From the NCBI GenBank assembly GCA_039648875.1, contig JBBWZD010000131.1, forward strand, positions 23,570-87,569: DNA of 64,000 nucleotides. Direction: 5' to 3'. Below the pieces are notes generated by a model. It saw only the letters and a list, made by a program, of their open reading frames with translations. It ran no database searches and had not been told where the DNA came from. This stretch comes from Actinomycetota bacterium (lineage in GTDB: Bacteria; Actinomycetota; Thermoleophilia; Gaiellales; Gaiellaceae). Position numbers and translations under genes: made by a program. Below are positions 53,900 through 64,000 of the stretch, piece by piece (the first letter of the stretch is position 1; each line of letters begins with the position of its first letter).

Positions 53900-55036
53900 A
53901 TGATCGAGACTGAAGTCGTGGTGGGCGCCGGCCTGAGGATTACCTGCTCGAAGGACGAGCTCGTCCAGGGGCTCGGGATCGTGTCGCGGGCCGTGTCGAC
54001 CCGCACGTCCGTGCAGATCCTCTCGGGCATCCTGCTGGAGGCGCAGGGGTCGGAGCTGCGGCTCGCGGCCACCGACATGGAGCTTTCGCTGCGCGCGACG
54101 GTCGCCGCGCAGATCGAGGGCGACGGCACGATCGTCCTGCCCGGGCGAACCCTGACCGACATCGCACGACTGCTCCCGGCCGACGAGGTGGAGATCGAGC
54201 ATCGCGCCGCCGAGTCGGTGGTGCACGTCACCTCCGGCACGGCGAGCTACACGCTGCACACCTACAACGCCGAGGACTTCCCCCGGCTGCCGGAGGTGGA
54301 CGCGGCGCCGACCTTCACGCTCGATCGCGAGGCACTGCTCGAGACGAGCGGCCGCGTCGCGCGCGCCGCGTCGCGCGACGAGTCCCGGCCGGTGCTGACC
54401 GGCATCCTCGTCCAGTTCTCCGCAGGCAGGCTCGTCATGGCCGCAACCGACTCCTACCGGCTCGCCGTGAAGGAGACCGAGCTCGCGGGCGACGTGCCGG
54501 AGCTCGAGGCGATCGTCCCGGCCCGCGCGCTCCAAGAGTTGGCGCGCATCGCGACCTCGGGCGACGAGATCGAGATCGGCGTGCACGAGAACCAGGTGCT
54601 CTTCGCCGCCGCCGGCGTGTGGCTGACGACGCGCCGCATCGACGGGCAGTTCCCGAACTACCGGCAGCTGCTGCCGGAGGCGTTCGAGCATGAGCTGACG
54701 CTGCCGCGCACCGAGCTCCTCGACGTCGTGCGACGCGCGTCGGTGATGATCCAGCGCTCGACGCCGCTGCAGCTCCGCTTCGCGGAGGGCGAGCTGACGG
54801 TGATCGCCCGCACGCACGAGGTCGGCGAGTCGCAGGAGTCGATGCCGGCGGGCTACACCGGCGACACGCTCGAGATCGGCTTCAACGCGGACTTCCTGCG
54901 AGACGGCCTCGAGGCGATCGAGGGCGACGACGCGCGCTTCAACCTGATCAGCCCGTTGCGGCCCGCGGTGCTCCAGGGCGAGGGAGACGACTTCACGTAC
55001 CTCGTGATGCCGATCCGGCTCCCGGGCGCAGGCTGA
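53900..55036 (+). CDS. dnaN: DNA polymerase III beta sliding clamp
   Basis: 378 aa, three-domain length. ILSGILLEA, ATDSYRLA, FPNYRQLLP, YLVMPIRL. Confidence 0.95.
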   Translation: MIETEVVVGAGLRITCSKDELVQGLGIVSRAVSTRTSVQILSGILLEAQGSELRLAATDMELSLRATVAAQIEGDGTIVLPGRTLTDIARLLPADEVEIEHRAAESVVHVTSGTASYTLHTYNAEDFPRLPEVDAAPTFTLDREALLETSGRVARAASRDESRPVLTGILVQFSAGRLVMAATDSYRLAVKETELAGDVPELEAIVPARALQELARIATSGDEIEIGVHENQVLFAAAGVWLTTRRIDGQFPNYRQLLPEAFEHELTLPRTELLDVVRRASVMIQRSTPLQLRFAEGELTVIARTHEVGESQESMPAGYTGDTLEIGFNADFLRDGLEAIEGDDARFNLISPLRPAVLQGEGDDFTYLVMPIRLPGAG

Positions 55037-56096
55037 TCGTCGAGCAGGTCTCGCTCGTCGACTTCCGCTCGTACGCGCGTCTCGAGCTCGAGCTACGGCC
55101 GGGGCTGGTGCTGGCGGTCGGGCCGAACGGGGTCGGCAAGACGAACCTCCTCGAGTCGCTCCACGTCGGCACGCAGGGCTTCTCGCCGCGCACGCGGGCC
55201 GACGCGCAGCTGATCCGCTTCGGCGCGAGTGCGGCACGCGTCCGGGTGCAGGGGCGGCGCGGCGAGGTGCCCGTCGAGATCGAGCTGACGCTGGAGAACG
55301 GGGCCGCCAAGCGGGCGACGCTGAACGGCGCGCCGCTGCGCGCAGCCGAGCAGCTCCGCTCCGAAGCCGCCACGCTCGTCTTCACGCCCGACAGGCTCGG
55401 CGTGATCAAGGGGGGGCCGGCGGTGCGGCGCGCCTACTTCGACCGGACGCTCGGCCGGCTCTCGCCGCCGCGGGCCCACCTGTCGGCCGGCTACGGGGCC
55501 GCGCTCGCGCAGCGGAACGCCGCGCTCCGCCGCGTGGCGGCGGGATGGGCGCCGCGCGACGCCCTCGCGCCGTGGACGGCCCGCGTCGCGGAGCTCGGCG
55601 GCGAGCTGGTCGCGGCGAGGCACGACACGCTCCGAGAGCTGCAGCCCGGCTTCGCGGAGCGTGCGGCCGAGCTGGGCCTCCCGGACGCCGTCCTGCGCTA
55701 CGAGGGCGAGCCGCTCAGCCCGGCTGCGCTCGAGGAGCGGCTCGACCGGGACCTGGAGCGCGGCGCGACCGGGCTGGGACCGCATCTGGACGACGTCGTG
55801 CTCGCCGCGGCGGGGCGCGACCTTCGCAGCTTCGGCTCGCAGGGCGAGCAGCGGCTCGCGGTGCTGGCGCTCCTGCTCGGCGAGGCGGAGCTGCTGGCGA
55901 TACGCCGCGGCGTGCTGCCTCTGCTCCTGCTGGACGACGTCCTCTCGGAGCTCGACCCGGCGCGGCGACGGCTGCTCGCCGCACGCGTCGCGCGCGCGGG
56001 ACAGGCGCTGGTGACGGCGACCGACGCGGCCATGCTGCCGGCCGCACCGGATCAGCTGCTCGAGGTGTTCCCGGGCGAGGTCCGGTACGCCTCCTG

Positions 56097-56097
<1 letters not shown>
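55033..56097 (+). CDS. recF: DNA replication/repair protein RecF
   Basis: LIVEQVSLVDFRSYARLELELRPGLVLAVGPNGVGKTNLLES, and SQGEQRL...LLLDDV. The first canonical start (GTG 55108) lies just before the Walker A, so a CTG at 55033 (CTGA overlap with the dnaN stop) is proposed. Confidence 0.85.
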
Positions 56098-58986
<2,889 letters not shown>

Positions 58987-59000
58987 AGGCGGGCCAACCC

Positions 59001-61490
59001 TTGTCTGAGCTCGACACCGGCGCACTCGGGGGCGGCCGCGTGGAGTCGCGCGAGCTCGAGCAGGAGATGCGCTCGAGCTTCCTCGACTACGCGATGTCGG
59101 TCATCGTCTCGCGCGCGCTGCCCGACGTGCGCGACGGGCTGAAGCCCGTGCACCGCCGCGTGCTCTACGGGATGCACGAGGACGGGCTCCAGCCGAACCG
59201 CCCGTACAAGAAGTCGGCCGCCACGGTCGGCAACGTGATGGGCCGCTACCACCCGCACAGCGACTCCGCGATCTACGACACGCTCGTGCGGATGGCGCAG
59301 CCGTTCTCGCTGCGCTACCCCCTCGTCGACGGGCAGGGCAACTTCGGCTCGGTCGACGAGGATCCAGCAGCGGCGATGAGGTATACCGAGGCGCGCCTGT
59401 CGCGCGTCGCGACCGAGTTGTTGCGGGACATCGACGCGAACACCGTCGACTTCGAGCCGAACTACGACGAGTCGCGCCGGCAGCCGTCCGTGCTGCCCGC
59501 GCGCTTCCCGAACCTGCTCGTCAACGGCTCGACCGGGATCGCGGTCGGCATGGCGACGAACATGCCGCCGCACCACCTCGGCGAGTCGATCGACGCCGTC
59601 GTGGCGATGATCGACAACCCCGACATCGACGTCGAGAGCCTGATGAAGCACGTGAAGGGGCCCGACTTCCCCACCGGCGGCTTCATCGTCGGCCGCTCCG
59701 GCATCCGCGACGCGTATCGCACCGGCCGCGGGCGCGTCGTCATGCGCGCCCGCGCGCACATCGAGGAGCTGCGCGGCGGCAAGTCCGCCGTCGTCGTCAC
59801 GGATCTGCCCTACGGCGTCAAGAAGGGCGGCGACGGCGGCGTCATCCGCAAGATCGCCGACCTCGTGCAGGACAAGGTGCTCACCGAGATCTCCGATCTC
59901 GCCGACCACTCCGACCGCACCGGCATGCGCATCCAGATCGAGCTGAAGCGCGACGCGATTCCACAGGTCGCGCTCAACAAGCTGTTCAAGCACACGCCCC
60001 TGCAGTCGACGTTCGGCTACAACGCGGTCGCTCTCGTCGACGGCGTGCCGCGGACGCTGTCGCTGCTCGAGCTCGTCCGCCACTACCTCGACTTCCAGCG
60101 CGAGGTCGTCATCCGCCGCTCGAAGGACGAGTTGCACAAGGCGGAAAGCCGTGCCCACGTGCTCGAGGGCTACCTCGTCGCGCTCGACAACATCGACGAG
60201 ATCGTCCTCCTCATCCGCGCCGCCGCCGACACCGAGGAGGCGCGCACGCAGCTCATGGAGCGCTTCGAGCTCTCGGAGATCCAGGCTCAGGCGATCCTCG
60301 ACCTCCGCCTCGCGCGCCTCACCGGGCTCGCCCGCAAGGAGATCGAGGCCGAGTACGACGACCTGAAGGAGCGGATCGCCGAGCTTCGCGCGATCCTCGG
60401 GGATCCGGCGCGCATCGACGGCCTGATCCGTGACGAGCTGCTCGAGATCAAGCAGATCTACGGGCGCAACGACGACCGCCGCACGGAGATCGTCGCCGCC
60501 GAGGAGGAGCTGGAGCTCGAGGACATGATCGCCGAGGAGGACATGGTGATCGCGATCACGCGCTCCGGCTACATCAAGCGGCTCCCGGTGACGGCGTACA
60601 AGGAGCAGAAGCGCGGCGGCATCGGCGTGATGGGGATGGAGCTCAAGGAGGAGGACTACATCGAGCACCTGTTCGTCGCGTCGACGCACGACTACATCCT
60701 CTTCTTCACCAACGTCGGCAAGGTCTACCGCCTGAAGGTGCACGAGCTGCCGCTCGGCTCGCGGCAGTCGAAGGGGCGCGCAATCGTCAACCTGTTGCCG
60801 TTCCGACAGGGGGAGACGGTGCGCGCCGTCGTGCAGACGCGCGACTTCGCGGAGGCGAAGCATCTGGTCTTCGGGACGAAGAAGGGCGTCGTCAAGAAGA
60901 CCGAGCTCGTGGCCTACAACACGCCGCTGAAGGCCGACGGGATCATCGCGATCAAGATGCGCGAGGGCGACGAGCTCGTCAGCGTCCGCCACTCCTCCGG
61001 CGACGACGACATCCTCATGGTGTCGAAGCTCGGCCAGGCGATCCGCTTCCACGAGTCCGCGGTACGCACGACGAGCCGCGCAACCGAGGGCGTGCAGGGC
61101 ATGCGGTTGCGCGCCGCCGACGAGGTGATCTCGATCAACATCGCGCAGGACGACGCCGACCTGCTCGTCGTGACCGAGAACGGCTACGGCAAGCGCACGC
61201 GCATCGCCGACTACCCGCGCAAGGGCCGCGGCGGGATGGGTGTGAGGACGATCCAGCTCGCCGAGGGGAAGGGCACGATCGTCGGCGCGCGTGTCGTTCG
61301 GGACGGCTACCAGGTGATGCTCATCTCCACGGGCGGCACCGTGATCCGCATGCCGGTCGAGGACGTGAAGCGGCTCGGGCGAGCTACCCAGGGCGTGATC
61401 GTGATGCGGCTCCGCGGCGACGAGCGCGTCTCGTCGCTCGCTCCGGTGGTCGAGGCCGACGACGAGGAGCCGCCCGGCGGCGGCGAGTAG
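59001..61490 (+). CDS. gyrA: DNA gyrase subunit A
   Basis: [29 protein letters not shown] (catalytic Tyr context), and C-terminal beta-pinwheel repeats. TTG start. Confidence 0.95.
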   Translation: MSELDTGALGGGRVESRELEQEMRSSFLDYAMSVIVSRALPDVRDGLKPVHRRVLYGMHEDGLQPNRPYKKSAATVGNVMGRYHPHSDSAIYDTLVRMAQPFSLRYPLVDGQGNFGSVDEDPAAAMRYTEARLSRVATELLRDIDANTVDFEPNYDESRRQPSVLPARFPNLLVNGSTGIAVGMATNMPPHHLGESIDAVVAMIDNPDIDVESLMKHVKGPDFPTGGFIVGRSGIRDAYRTGRGRVVMRARAHIEELRGGKSAVVVTDLPYGVKKGGDGGVIRKIADLVQDKVLTEISDLADHSDRTGMRIQIELKRDAIPQVALNKLFKHTPLQSTFGYNAVALVDGVPRTLSLLELVRHYLDFQREVVIRRSKDELHKAESRAHVLEGYLVALDNIDEIVLLIRAAADTEEARTQLMERFELSEIQAQAILDLRLARLTGLARKEIEAEYDDLKERIAELRAILGDPARIDGLIRDELLEIKQIYGRNDDRRTEIVAAEEELELEDMIAEEDMVIAITRSGYIKRLPVTAYKEQKRGGIGVMGMELKEEDYIEHLFVASTHDYILFFTNVGKVYRLKVHELPLGSRQSKGRAIVNLLPFRQGETVRAVVQTRDFAEAKHLVFGTKKGVVKKTELVAYNTPLKADGIIAIKMREGDELVSVRHSSGDDDILMVSKLGQAIRFHESAVRTTSRATEGVQGMRLRAADEVISINIAQDDADLLVVTENGYGKRTRIADYPRKGRGGMGVRTIQLAEGKGTIVGARVVRDGYQVMLISTGGTVIRMPVEDVKRLGRATQGVIVMRLRGDERVSSLAPVVEADDEEPPGGGE

Positions 61491-61524
61491 CGCGCCCCTG
61501 CGGAGAGGTTTCGGTAGGCTGCTC

Positions 61525-61555
61525 TTCCAAAGTGGCTTGATCCGCTCTATAACTT
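61525..61555 (+). promoter_or_regulatory. Sigma-70-like promoter candidate: TTCCAA-17 nt-TATAAC(TT)
   Basis: In a locally GC-poor patch (~52% over 61501-61560 by hand count) between gyrA and the MerR-like gene. Confidence 0.35.
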
Positions 61556-61593
61556 CTAGGTCAGAGCTTGTCCCCGAAGCGACAGGGGCCCGT

Positions 61594-61887
61594 ATGGCTA
61601 TCAGCAGGCAAGTCGACCTACTAGAACCCATAAATCTGGCCGACCACCTGGAGAAGGTGGAGCTCTACCTCGGGCAGGTGTGCCAGATCGCGGGCATCTC
61701 GAAGATGCAGCTCGACTACTGGACGAACAAGGCCCAGATCCCGACGAAGGGCAAGAAGCAGCGGATCTACGACATCGACGCTCTCGAGACCGTGATGCTG
61801 ATCAAGCAGGCGAAGGACAAGGGCCTGAACCTCGGCGCCGCGATCGAGGCCGCTCGCAGCTTCAGAGAGCTCCCCTCCGAGTCCTAG
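61594..61887 (+). CDS. Small MerR-family helix-turn-helix protein without an effector domain
   Basis: YLGQVCQIAGISKMQLDYWTNKAQIP..RIYDIDALETVMLIK fits the MerR HTH and wing. Upstream codons 61537-61593 have atypically low GC3, so ATG 61594 (or GTG 61657) is preferred. Confidence 0.6.
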   Translation: MAISRQVDLLEPINLADHLEKVELYLGQVCQIAGISKMQLDYWTNKAQIPTKGKKQRIYDIDALETVMLIKQAKDKGLNLGAAIEAARSFRELPSES

Positions 61888-61888
61888 C

Positions 61889-62725
61889 CTACGCTCCGGC
61901 CTTCGGCGGGCGCGCTTCGCGCAGCGCTCGAGCCGCGTCTTCCGGAGCGACGCTGTTGACCGCGATGCCGGCGCCCAGCTCCACGCCTGCCTGAACCGTC
62001 AGCCGGGGGACGAGCTCGACGTGCGGCTGCGGTCCCTGGTGGAGCCATGCGTTCCAGGGGAGCGGCCCCTCGACGTCTCGCAGTCGCGCCACGCAGTCGC
62101 GCAGGAGCAGGAGCGCGCTGCCGAGCTCGAACGGCTCGCCGGCGATCAGCACCTCGTAGGGGAGCCGGCCGGCGCGGTGGACGACGGCCGCGACGGCGCC
62201 GCGCTCGGCCACGAGCAGCTCCCGCTCGGCGAGGAGCTCCGCTACGCCGTCGACGCGTTCGCGCGCGACCTCGGGCGGCGGCTCGCGCAGCCACACGAGC
62301 TGCGAGTGCGAGTGCGGCAGGCTCGAGCCTGCGACCCTCCCCTCGTTCACGAGCGCGTGCACGTACGGGAAGTCCTCCCGGCGTGCTGCCTCCGCACGCG
62401 TGCGCCACGCCTCCGCGGTTGCCGCCACCTCCTCGTCGCTCAGCTCCGCGAACGTGCGCACGTGACGCGGCGAGTGCACCACGACCTCCTGCCGCTCGAA
62501 CGCCGGGTACAGGTTCGGGACGACGCGAACGGTCCAGCTCGCCCCGCCGCCGACGCGGAACGTCTCGGGCGGCGTCCGGTCTTCCCGCCCCTCGCAGAAC
62601 GGGCACTCGTCCAGCTCCGCTTCGGTCGTCTGCTCGATGGGCCCGGCGGCCGCGCCCGGTCGCCGGCGGCGGTTCGGGGCGACCGCGACGAGGCGCCCCG
62701 AGAGCGGGTCAGCCCGAAGGTCCAG
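61889..62725 (-). CDS. galT: Galactose-1-phosphate uridylyltransferase family (HIT-like) protein
   Basis: [46 protein letters not shown], and the HSHSQ active-site block. The conserved N-terminal ~80 aa lie upstream of the first canonical start (GTG 62482). A CTG at 62725 is proposed. Confidence 0.7.
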   Translation of the reverse strand: MDLRADPLSGRLVAVAPNRRRRPGAAAGPIEQTTEAELDECPFCEGREDRTPPETFRVGGGASWTVRVVPNLYPAFERQEVVVHSPRHVRTFAELSDEEVAATAEAWRTRAEAARREDFPYVHALVNEGRVAGSSLPHSHSQLVWLREPPPEVARERVDGVAELLAERELLVAERGAVAAVVHRAGRLPYEVLIAGEPFELGSALLLLRDCVARLRDVEGPLPWNAWLHQGPQPHVELVPRLTVQAGVELGAGIAVNSVAPEDAARALREARPPKAGA

Positions 62726-63476
62726 CGCGGTCGAGGAACGGCCGGATGAGGTCGATGGGCGCGGGGAAGATGATCGTCGAGGTGTTCCCCGACCCGAGCT
62801 CGAGCAGCGTCTGCAGGTAGCGGAGCTGGAGGGCGATCGGATGCTCCTCGATCACGACGGCCGCGTCCTTCAGCCGCTCGGCCGCCTGGTACTCGCCCTC
62901 GGCGTTGATGATCTTCGCGCGGCGCTCGCGCTCCGCCTCCGCCTGGCGCGCCATCGCACGCTGCATCCCGCTCGGGATCTCGACGTCCTTGACCTCGACG
63001 ATGGAGACCTTGATTCCCCACGGCCCCGTCGCCTCGTCGATGATCTCCTGGAGGATCGCGTTGATCTTCTCGCGCTCGGAGAGCAGCTCGTCGAGCATGT
63101 GCTGCCCGAGCACCGAGCGGAGCGTCGTCTGCGCGATCTGCGAGGTCGCCACCATGAAGTTCTCGACCTGCACGATGGCGTCCTTCGGCGAGACGATCCG
63201 GAAGTAGGCGACCGCGTTCACGCGGACGGGCACGTTGTCCTTCGTGATGACCTCCTGCGGCGGGATGTTGAGCGTGATCGTGCGCAGGTCGACCTTCACC
63301 ATCCGGTCGACGACGGGGATCAGGAAGAACAGGCCCGGGCCCTTCGGCTCCGGCAGCAGCCGCCCGAGCCGGAAGACGATGCCGCGCTCGTACTCGCGGA
63401 CGACCTTGACCGCCGCGATGACGTAGAGCGCGAAGAGGAAGACGACGACGACGAGGACGACGACGAGAGCGGCCAC
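62709..63476 (-). CDS. SPFH/Band-7 (stomatin-like) membrane protein
   Basis: N-terminal [43 protein letters not shown]. Confidence 0.9.
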   Translation of the reverse strand: MAALVVVLVVVVFLFALYVIAAVKVVREYERGIVFRLGRLLPEPKGPGLFFLIPVVDRMVKVDLRTITLNIPPQEVITKDNVPVRVNAVAYFRIVSPKDAIVQVENFMVATSQIAQTTLRSVLGQHMLDELLSEREKINAILQEIIDEATGPWGIKVSIVEVKDVEIPSGMQRAMARQAEAERERRAKIINAEGEYQAAERLKDAAVVIEEHPIALQLRYLQTLLELGSGNTSTIIFPAPIDLIRPFLDRAGPSG

Positions 63477-63483
63477 GGACGAA

Positions 63484-64000
63484 CTATCGCACCGTCAGCT
63501 CGAGCCCGTCCACGCCTTCGACGCGCACGTGCTGGCCGGGCACGAGCTGGCCGCCGTCGCTGCGCCGCGCCCGCCAGAGCTCGCCGGCCACGAACACCTG
63601 GCGCGGCGTGCGGACGACGGCGTCCGCGCCGAGCACCCGCGTCGGCCCCACGCTGACGGGGCGCCGGCGCACCTGCACGGCCTTGCCCAGCGCGAACGCC
63701 CAGAAGCCGCCGATCGCGAGCGTCAGCGAGAGCACGAGCGGCAGTGAGGTGTGGTACGGAGCGGGGACGTTGTGGAACAGCATCAGCATGCCGACCGCGA
63801 GGCTGATCAGGCCCGAGAGGGTCAGCGCGCCGTGGGTGACGACGTGTGCGTCGACCACCAGGAGCACGACTCCGAGAACGATCAGCGCGAGGCCCGACCA
63901 CGAGATCGGCAGGACGGAGAAGCCGAAGAGCGCCGTGAGCAGCGCGACCCCGCCGAGCGCGCCCGGCAGGACGATGCCCGGGTGGAAGATCTCGAAGCCG
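63484..64000 (-). CDS. NfeD-family membrane protein (partial; N-terminus beyond the window end)
   Basis: Hydrophobic helices followed by a C-terminal OB-like NfeD domain ([47 protein letters not shown]). The reading frame stays open to position 64000. Classic NfeD-SPFH pair. Confidence 0.8.
   Translation of the reverse strand, partial: GFEIFHPGIVLPGALGGVALLTALFGFSVLPISWSGLALIVLGVVLLVVDAHVVTHGALTLSGLISLAVGMLMLFHNVPAPYHTSLPLVLSLTLAIGGFWAFALGKAVQVRRRPVSVGPTRVLGADAVVRTPRQVFVAGELWRARRSDGGQLVPGQHVRVEGVDGLELTVR

Noticed and set aside
53889-53902. The AT-rich ACCTTTTAAATGAT, considered as the origin DNA-unwinding element.
   Set aside because: It is far too short for a DUE and overlaps the dnaN start codon. 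It is mentioned only within the oriC finding.
63421-63470. GAC/GAG/GAA trinucleotide run (gaagacgacgacgacgaggacgacgacgag).
   Set aside because: It is the reverse complement of the Val/Leu-rich N-terminal transmembrane helix of the SPFH protein ([12 protein letters not shown]), not a non-coding microsatellite.

Overview
The window is a very GC-rich stretch (about 70% by hand counts of sample stretches) of densely packed bacterial chromosome. I call about 74 CDS and 2 tRNAs. I see no rRNA, CRISPR array, transposase or integrase.

It spans the replication-origin region. rpmH-rnpA-yidD-yidC-jag-rsmG-parA-parB plus an ABC-2 exporter lie on the minus strand (45.1-52.1 kb). dnaA-dnaN-recF-dciA-gyrB-gyrA lie on the plus strand (52.35-61.5 kb). 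Gene orientation switches sharply at about 52.2 kb, and actinobacterial-type DnaA boxes lie on both sides of dnaA.

Left of the origin are long co-directional minus-strand gene chains:
- PRC-like, DUF1015, IMPase, DUF72, stand-alone LigD PolDom, Mrp.
- M20 peptidase, DUF1385, pncB, pncA, a short-N-terminus FtsH, mce, a 76-aa ORF, an ECF sigma factor, a degenerate YchF.
- OmpR-type response regulator, histidine kinase, HtrA, RsbW-like kinase, TreT, OtsA, MoaC, MogA, UbiA-like prenyltransferase, CcmABCD, HemX, HemA, HemC, HemD, DUF62 SAM hydrolase, methyltransferase.

Other genes include an STPK, PBP1A, MscS, an M28 peptidase fusion, MoeA, arginase, RarA, and NfeD-SPFH-GalT. Content and style (DciA, TANNNT -10 boxes, leaderless-looking starts, TreT, tRNA-Ile outside an rRNA operon) suggest Actinomycetota, perhaps Rubrobacteria or Thermoleophilia. 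That taxonomic placement is inference only.

I do not see a clear-cut new multi-gene system such as a defence island. The most unusual signals are:
1. A partial System I ccmABCD set with a non-canonical CcmC Trp-rich motif, welded between a UbiA-like gene and hemX-hemACD.
2. A canonical terminator-like hairpin with a U-tract ending 1 nt before the gyrB ATG.
3. Several conserved genes (recF, galT, mogA, possibly rsmG) whose conserved N-termini have no ATG/GTG/TTG and appear to start at CTG. Two of them sit in CTGA stop-start overlaps.
4. Pervasive NTGA/TGATG translational coupling.
5. -10 hexamers ending exactly 7 nt before start codons, which points to leaderless mRNAs.

All family calls come from reading motifs in the translated ORFs. 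No database search was run.
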